Below are positions 59,450 to 64,000 of a stretch of DNA of 64,000 bases, in pieces (positions within the stretch are counted from its first letter, which is position 1; each line of letters opens with the position of its first letter). A program made the translations under genes and the position numbers. The notes beneath the pieces were generated by a model. It was not told the DNA's origin. It saw nothing but the letters and a program-made list of their open reading frames with translations, and ran no database searches. The stretch covers positions 2,044 through 66,043 of the forward strand of contig NZ_JBAVTT010000149.1 of assembly GCF_049696395.1 (NCBI RefSeq). The letters run 5' to 3'. This DNA comes from Erwinia sp. Its GTDB lineage: Bacteria; Pseudomonadota; Gammaproteobacteria; Enterobacterales; Enterobacteriaceae.

Positions 59450-59545
59450 CCTTCAGAAATAGCCCTTCTTTAGCGGTTAATCAATGGATAGCCCAGGCAT
59501 CACCCGCTGCATACTAGCCAGGTAATGTGACCGCAAGGACGGTAC

Positions 59546-60286
59546 GTGATGCTTAAGTTTGTTTTTGCCCTACTGTTATCCTCGATTTGTGCCTGTACTC
59601 AGGCAGCGGACCCCCTGCGTTTCGCTTCTACAGCGAACAATCCCCCTTTTGAGTTTCTTAACGCCGAAAACCAGCTGGTGGGATTTGATATCGATCTGGC
59701 TAAAGCGTTGTGCGACCGGATGCAAAAGCAATGCATATTCACCAACAACATCTTCGAACGTCTGCTTCCGTCGTTAAAATTCCGGCGTTATGATGCCATT
59801 ATCTCGGGGCTTGATATCACCGATGAAAGGAAGAAAACGGTCGAGTTTACCCAGGCTTATTTCAAGAATTCCGGCACGCTGATCACCGGTAAAGGTCTGT
59901 ACAGCAATATCGAGCAACTGAAAGGGAAACGGATTGGGATTGGGGCGGAAACCACTCAACAGGCCTATTTAACGACCGCCTGGCCAGAGATTATTGGCGT
60001 GACTTACGACAACTACCAGAATGCCTTATTGGATATTCGCAATGGCAGGCTCGATGGGATATTTGGCGACACGCTGGCAATACAGGAGCTGCTGAAAACC
60101 AACCCACAGCTGGTGAAAGTCGGTGAGGCTATCACTGACAGCCGCTTTTTCGGTTCAGGATTGGGGATTGCGGTGCGCAAAGGCAATACTGAGCTGCGCG
60201 ACAACCTGAATGCTGCCCTGCAAAGCCTGAAGGATGACGGCACGCTGGAAAAACTCCGCTATCGCTGGTTTGGCGAGGCTTCTTAG
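59546..60286 (+). CDS. artJ: Periplasmic basic-amino-acid-binding protein at the ArtJ position, divergent from ArtJ/ArtI
   Basis: 246 aa. The start is GTG 59546 or ATG 59549. SBP_bac_3-type fold by similarity to ArtI in this window (…GFDIDLAKALC…SLKFRRYDAIISGLDIT…GLGIAVRKGN…). Confidence 0.8.
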   Translation: MMLKFVFALLLSSICACTQAADPLRFASTANNPPFEFLNAENQLVGFDIDLAKALCDRMQKQCIFTNNIFERLLPSLKFRRYDAIISGLDITDERKKTVEFTQAYFKNSGTLITGKGLYSNIEQLKGKRIGIGAETTQQAYLTTAWPEIIGVTYDNYQNALLDIRNGRLDGIFGDTLAIQELLKTNPQLVKVGEAITDSRFFGSGLGIAVRKGNTELRDNLNAALQSLKDDGTLEKLRYRWFGEAS

Positions 60287-60345
60287 CTCCTGCGCTTGAA
60301 CAGCGTCAGCACTACGCTGTGGGCGGGGAGTATAGCGTTGTGCGT

Positions 60346-60825
60346 TTAGCGTTGCCGAAAAAAATCCCGGCTGCTGGCCGGCATAAACAGCAGCAGAATA
60401 ATCAGCAGATCGGGTAGCTTCTGTGAGATCAGCAGGTGAATGATTTGCAGGTTGTTTTCGCCACTGATGCTGAACAGTTCAGGATAGATCCAGCCCATGG
60501 AAGCGCAAAACATATACAGCAGCACGCTAATTTGAGAAACCACAAAGCCCCAGCGCCCCCAGTTTTTACCCCGCATCACGGCTACTGCGCAGCGCAGTTC
60601 AAAAAAGAAGATCAGCTGGCTGGCGATAAAAATCAACGTGGAGTTCCAGGCCTGAGCGCTGCGATAGACAAAGCTCATGACTTCAGCCAGACCTAAATCA
60701 TGCAGCTGCAACGCCACGCCAAGAAAGCGAGTGGCAATAACAGCAATGCCAGCCACCAGCACCGCAACCGGAACTGAAGATGGTGATTTCAGGACTGCTT
60801 TACCTTCTCTGAACACCTCTGACAT
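60346..60825 (-). CDS. ybjO: Inner-membrane protein YbjO (DUF2593)
   Basis: 159 aa. …GRWGFVVSQISVLLYMFCASMGWIYPELFSISGEN…QKLPDLLIILLLFMPASSRDFF resembles E. coli YbjO. Confidence 0.85.
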   Translation of the reverse strand: MSEVFREGKAVLKSPSSVPVAVLVAGIAVIATRFLGVALQLHDLGLAEVMSFVYRSAQAWNSTLIFIASQLIFFFELRCAVAVMRGKNWGRWGFVVSQISVLLYMFCASMGWIYPELFSISGENNLQIIHLLISQKLPDLLIILLLFMPASSRDFFRQR

Positions 60826-61036
60826 AGCCCTCTCCTGACGACCTGTTGTTACGCCCCAAAAGAGTGCATCCGCGCTGTATTGGGGGTCAGCCGACTTTTT
60901 GCCTGATCACAACCTGAAGTAGGTTGAATAATAATTAAACGCCCGGCTGACAAAATCTTTTTTTATCACACCTTCAGACAGAATGATGGCGGCTAATACT
61001 GTTTATCGGCAGCAGTTTTGCTTAATTCAGCCACTC

Positions 61037-61052
61037 TGGCACGAACTCTGCA
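61037..61052 (+). promoter_or_regulatory. Near-consensus sigma-54 (-24/-12) promoter
   Basis: TGGCACGAACTCTGCA versus TGGCACG-N4-TTGCA. The only mismatch is the first T of the -12 element and the GG/GC spacing is correct. It is intergenic, faces the downstream operon, and lies about 120 nt upstream of the ATG at 61173. Confidence 0.6.
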
Positions 61053-61172
61053 ATTTATCACTGCCTGACAGACAACAGGTTATTTTTAGCGCAATTTTCG
61101 AAAGAGTTCCACTGAGGAGGCCTTTTTTGCTGCGTTATTAGCATTTTTCTATTTTTGGGAGGAGTAGCCTTG

Positions 61173-61841
61173 ATGAAGGAAGACAAAAACAGTTCACCAG
61201 CCAGAGTCGCTGTAGGCATTGGTGCTTATCTGGCTTTGGTAGTGGCGATATTATTTTTCTCCGGCTTGTTCTATAAAGTTGAGGGGATGAAGTGGCTTGG
61301 CGCGTTTGATTTCACCACGCTGGGCGGCAAGTTCGGCACGCTAAAAGAGGGGTCATCCAGTACATTTGTGGGTGAAGGTGGCTTAGGGGCCAAAGCCGGT
61401 TTCTTATTTGCCCTGTCGCTGGTCCCCACCGTGATGCTGGCGCTGGGTCTGTTGGAAATATTTACCCATTATGGCGCCATTCGCGCTGCGCATAAATTAC
61501 TCACCCCTCTGCTGAAACCCATATTAGGCCTGCCTGGGCGATCTGGCCTTGCGCTGATTACCGATCTGCAAAGTACCGATGCTGGTGCAGCATTAACCAA
61601 AGAGCTGCATGATGAGCAGCAAATCACTAAAAAAGACGTGGTTATTATGGCTGCCTGGCAATATTCCGGCGCCGGACTAATCAATAACTATTTTGCTATT
61701 GGTTCTGCGTTGTTTGTTTCACTGTCTGTTCCGGTATTGATCCCGCTGGTAGTGATGTTCGTTCTTAAATTTGTCGGTGCGGCATTTGTCCGTCTGATAT
61801 TGAATACCGTCTACAAGCGAGATTTCCAGCATGCAGAATAA
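61173..61841 (+). CDS. YjiH-like membrane protein (nucleoside-recognition/Gate-domain family)
   Basis: The ATG at 61173 is preceded by GGGAGGAG. 222 aa and polytopic. It is paired and overlapping with a YjiG-like gene, as in the E. coli yjiH-yjiG pair. The family call is from memory and is less certain than for the partner. Confidence 0.75.
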   Translation: MKEDKNSSPARVAVGIGAYLALVVAILFFSGLFYKVEGMKWLGAFDFTTLGGKFGTLKEGSSSTFVGEGGLGAKAGFLFALSLVPTVMLALGLLEIFTHYGAIRAAHKLLTPLLKPILGLPGRSGLALITDLQSTDAGAALTKELHDEQQITKKDVVIMAAWQYSGAGLINNYFAIGSALFVSLSVPVLIPLVVMFVLKFVGAAFVRLILNTVYKRDFQHAE

Positions 61842-62304
61842 ACCGCAGACTCTGACCACTAACAACCCGTTCGATATTTTCGTGGTGGGTGCCCGCAAAG
61901 GCTTCCACATCGCCATTCACAATTTACTGCCCAACGTGGTGATGGCTTATGTGATTGCAGAGGTGCTAAATTTACTCGGGATCATGGGATTTATTGGCAA
62001 AGTGTTTGCACCCGTGATGGGGCTTTTTGGCCTGCCTGGTGAAGCCATTACCGTGCTGCTTACCGCATGGCTTTCCTCCTCTGCCGGTACTGGCGTGGCT
62101 GTAAGCCTGCTGGCTAAAGGGGTGCTGACAGGCGCAGATATCACTATTCTGACCCCGGCCATTTTCCTGATGGGCGCACAGTTACAATATATGGGCCGTC
62201 TGCTGGGAGTGTCTGACGTTCCAAAGAAGTACTGGCCACTGCTGATGGTGACCAGCATCCTGAATGCGGTCATCTCAATGTTGGTGATGCGAGTGGTTGC
62301 CTGA
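61831..62304 (+). CDS. YjiG-like membrane protein (Gate-domain family)
   Basis: 157 aa. The block FVVGARKGFHIAIHNLLPNVVMAYVIAE…GLPGEAITVLL matches my recollection of E. coli YjiG. 11-nt overlap with the upstream gene. Confidence 0.82.
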   Translation: MQNKPQTLTTNNPFDIFVVGARKGFHIAIHNLLPNVVMAYVIAEVLNLLGIMGFIGKVFAPVMGLFGLPGEAITVLLTAWLSSSAGTGVAVSLLAKGVLTGADITILTPAIFLMGAQLQYMGRLLGVSDVPKKYWPLLMVTSILNAVISMLVMRVVA

Positions 62305-62328
62305 TAACTGAAATATGGAGTGTTTAAC

Positions 62329-63432
62329 GTGTTAAAAGTTTTAGAACATTACGCTTATCTGCATGAGATCCCTGAACTGGGTTTCCAGGAATTCAAAACC
62401 TCGGCTTACATCAGCCAACAGTTGAAGGCTGCCGGCTATGCGGTGCAGGATAATTTCAATGACACTACGGGCATCGTAGCGGTGCTGGACAGCGGCGTAC
62501 CGGGGCCAACCCTGGCCCTGCGAGCGGACATGGATGCGCTGGGCCACATCATCAATGGTGAAGCCTGCGCACGCCACACCTGTGGTCATGATGGCCACTC
62601 GTCGGTGGTGTTAACGGCAGCACAGGAACTGATCGCGGAAGGAGCAGTGAAAAAAGGCCGTCTGAAACTGATCTTCCAGCCTGCGGAAGAATTAGGTACC
62701 GGTGCATTAGCGATGATTGCAGGCGGAGCCATTGATGATGTCGATATGATTCTGGGCTTCCATCTGCGCCCGGCAGAAGAGTGTGCGGTAGGCACTGCGA
62801 TCCCTGCCGTTTATTATTCAGCCTGTGTCACTCTGGAAGCGACCATCCACGGCCAAACTGCACACGGTGCGCGCCCTCATCTCGGGATTAATGCACTGGA
62901 TGCCGGAGCCAGCGCAGTCCAGGCCGTCAATGCTGTTCACATGGCACCAGGTAAGAGCTGGAGCGCAAAAGCCACCCGCTTCCTGTGTGATGCTGGCGTA
63001 ACCAACTCGATTCCGGACGAAGCGCGAGTGGTTTTCGATCTTCGCGCAGCAGAAAACGAAGATATGACTGTGTTGCAGGCCAAAGTAGAAAAAGCCATCC
63101 AACACAGTGTCGCGGGTTATGGGGCAACGGCCGATATCGTGGTAATGAAATCAATGCCAGCGGCAGAGATTGATGACGAGATGACCACGCTGATTTCGGA
63201 GTCAATCAAAGAGGTATTAGGCGTAGAGGCATTGATGCCTGTTCGTTCCACGCCAGGCAGCGAAGACTTCTTCCACTACGCCGTGCAACGTCCGCAGGTC
63301 AAGTCAGGCTTCTGGGGATTAGGGACAGGTTTAGTGCCAGGTCTGCATCACCCGGATATGCATTTCGACCTGAACTCGCTACCAGTAGGGATAAAAGTAT
63401 TCAAAACCTGCGTGCAGAAGGTGCTGGGATAA
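62329..63432 (+). CDS. M20D-family amidohydrolase (N-acyl-amino-acid / peptide hydrolase type)
   Basis: The GTG at 62329 lies 8 nt after a GGAG; the ORF-track GTG at 62320 overlaps that RBS. Motifs LHEIPELGFQEFKT, LRADMDAL and HTCGHDGH are typical of the Ama/HipO/YxeP subfamily. Confidence 0.87.
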   Translation: MLKVLEHYAYLHEIPELGFQEFKTSAYISQQLKAAGYAVQDNFNDTTGIVAVLDSGVPGPTLALRADMDALGHIINGEACARHTCGHDGHSSVVLTAAQELIAEGAVKKGRLKLIFQPAEELGTGALAMIAGGAIDDVDMILGFHLRPAEECAVGTAIPAVYYSACVTLEATIHGQTAHGARPHLGINALDAGASAVQAVNAVHMAPGKSWSAKATRFLCDAGVTNSIPDEARVVFDLRAAENEDMTVLQAKVEKAIQHSVAGYGATADIVVMKSMPAAEIDDEMTTLISESIKEVLGVEALMPVRSTPGSEDFFHYAVQRPQVKSGFWGLGTGLVPGLHHPDMHFDLNSLPVGIKVFKTCVQKVLG

Positions 63433-63467
63433 GGGACGCTTATTGGGATGGATGCTCTGGATCGTTA

Positions 63468-63675
63468 GTTGTCTGAAGGGTCTGGTGCAAGGTCAGGGAG
63501 AGCTTGTGTCTGTAGTGTCGAAAGTTGTCTGGACAGTCAGGTGGCTGGTCAGGGACAACTTGTCTCTATAGTGCCGAATTCTGTCTGGACAGTCAGGTGG
63601 CAGCTCAGGGAATGTTTGTCGTTGTGACCCTGCAAGTTTTCTGAAGGTTCTGGTGACAGGTCAGGGAGAGAAGGT
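63468..63675. repeat. Four tandem ~56-bp repeat units in A-B-B-A' order
   Basis: Units start at 63468, 63524, 63581 and 63636. A units are GTT(G/T)TCTGAAGG(G/T)TCTGGTG..AGGTCAGGGAGAG. B units are (GT)TGTCTGGACAGTCAGGTGGC.G.TCAGGGA. All were aligned by eye. Confidence 0.8.
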
Positions 63676-63761
63676 TGAATACAAAGACGCCGTGAATCCT
63701 CCCTGGAGGCTTAGCTGCGACGTCCATGTCGCAGATACTTTGCTTATCAACCTTCTCTCCC
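63664..63761. repeat. 98-bp palindromic unit with 15-bp perfect terminal inverted repeats and an internal 7-bp hairpin
   Basis: GGGAGAGAAGGTTGA (63664-63678) pairs with TCAACCTTCTCTCCC (63747-63761). The inner hairpin is CTGCGAC-gtccat-GTCGCAG (63715-63734). The core GTGAATCCTCCCTGGAGGCTTA loosely recalls the ERIC core GTGAATCCCCAGGAGCTTA. Confidence 0.75.
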
Positions 63762-63796
63762 TTCCCGTCAGCTTCAATGTTGCCTGTTCAAATGGG

Positions 63797-63990
63797 GCCA
63801 CACACTTCAAAATCCACTGATTCAAACCATTTAAACCAGTCAAACCATCCAAATCAATCAAACCTTCAACTCACTCCAGCCACTTAAACTCTCCCCACTC
63901 TTTAAAAATGAGCGCGGGCATCTGCCAGGTAAAACGACACTGGCAGGTTGAGTTGGGAATTGAAGAGTGGGTGTTGAATTGTGTGTCCAC
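63797..63990. repeat. Nested imperfect inverted repeats at the right edge
   Basis: About 30 nt, GGCCACACACTTCAAAATCCACTGATTC (63797-63824), against the reverse complement of GAAGAGTGGGTGTTGAATTGTGTGTCC (63962-63988), roughly 25/33 matches. CCCACTCTT (63894-63902) pairs with AAGAGTGGG (63963-63971). The innermost hairpin is CTGCCAG-11 nt-CTGGCAG (63922-63946). Confidence 0.55.
63823..63876. repeat. Six degenerate 9-bp tandem iterons (CAAACCAnn)
   Basis: CAAACCATT / TAAACCAGT / CAAACCATC / CAAATCAAT / CAAACCTTC / AACTCACTC, with exact 9-bp phasing from 63823. Confidence 0.6.
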
Positions 63991-64000
63991 GAATCCCTTC

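Noticed and set aside
63468-63675. CRISPR array
   Set aside because: The units are contiguous with no unique spacers, the repeats are about 56 bp and imperfect, and there are no cas genes.
63433-63760. CsrB/RsmB-type CsrA-sponge RNA hypothesis
   Set aside because: I count 11 GGA triplets, including four TCAGGGA, in about 275 nt. That is only about twofold over expectation and far below CsrB density. I see no GacA/UvrY box (TGTAAG-N6-CTTACA) upstream, no rho-independent terminator downstream, and the GGA motifs are not consistently in hairpin loops. It is kept only as a low-probability alternative to be tested with Rfam.
63661-63861. 66-aa minus-strand ORF with a DGL(T/N)GL tripeptide periodicity
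   Set aside because: The periodicity is the translation of the 9-bp DNA iterons, and the ORF also runs through the palindromic unit. There is no RBS, so it is more likely non-coding.

Overview
This window is a 64-kb chromosomal backbone segment of an Enterobacterales genome. All product calls come from comparing the supplied ORF translations with E. coli K-12 proteins from memory; no database search was run.

Gene order matches the E. coli K-12 artJ...mukB/ldtD region, here inverted: ldtD(partial)-mukBEF-cmoM / elyC / ycbJ-kdsB-ycaR-ycaQ-lpxK-msbA-ycaI(comEC)-ihfB-rpsA-cmk-aroA-serC / ycaO-focA-pflB-pflA / ycaD / serS-rarA-lolA-ftsK-lrp / trxB-cydDC-aat-infA / clpAS / cspD / ybjD / lysO-poxB-ltaE / amiD-ybjQ / ybjP-artPIQM-artJ / ybjO. 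A three-gene module not found at this E. coli locus follows (YjiH-like, YjiG-like, M20 amidohydrolase). A repeat-dense gene-free tract then runs to the right edge.

About 50 CDS are called. I corrected 14 ORF-track starts by homology (mukE, ycaQ, aroA, ycaO, serS, lrp, trxB, aat, clpA, cspD, lysO, artP, artI) or by RBS position (YjiH-like, M20). I found no rRNA, tRNA, CRISPR array, transposase or integrase. Many genes are translationally coupled through 1-20 nt overlaps: cmoM/mukF, mukF/mukE, kdsB/ycaR, msbA/lpxK, cydD/cydC, artQ/artM, ybjQ/amiD and YjiH-like/YjiG-like.

Compared with my recollection of the K-12 map the locus is compacted. Absent are ycaL, ycaP, dmsABC-ycaC-ycaMNK, serW, macAB-ybjX, aqpZ, hcp-hcr, ybjST and rlmC.

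Most of the window is ordinary core genome. The parts worth a second look are:
- The repeat-rich non-coding tract 63433-64000: tandem ~56-bp units, a 98-bp palindromic unit, 9-bp iterons and nested inverted repeats.
- A near-consensus sigma-54 promoter in front of the YjiHG-like/M20 operon, with no activator gene in view.
- The stand-alone OLD-family nuclease YbjD.
- A 750-bp gene-free scar between ycaD and serS.
- A LexA box upstream of ftsK.

I found no convincing multi-gene novel system. The right-edge repeat tract is the least explained sequence, and it is truncated by the window.
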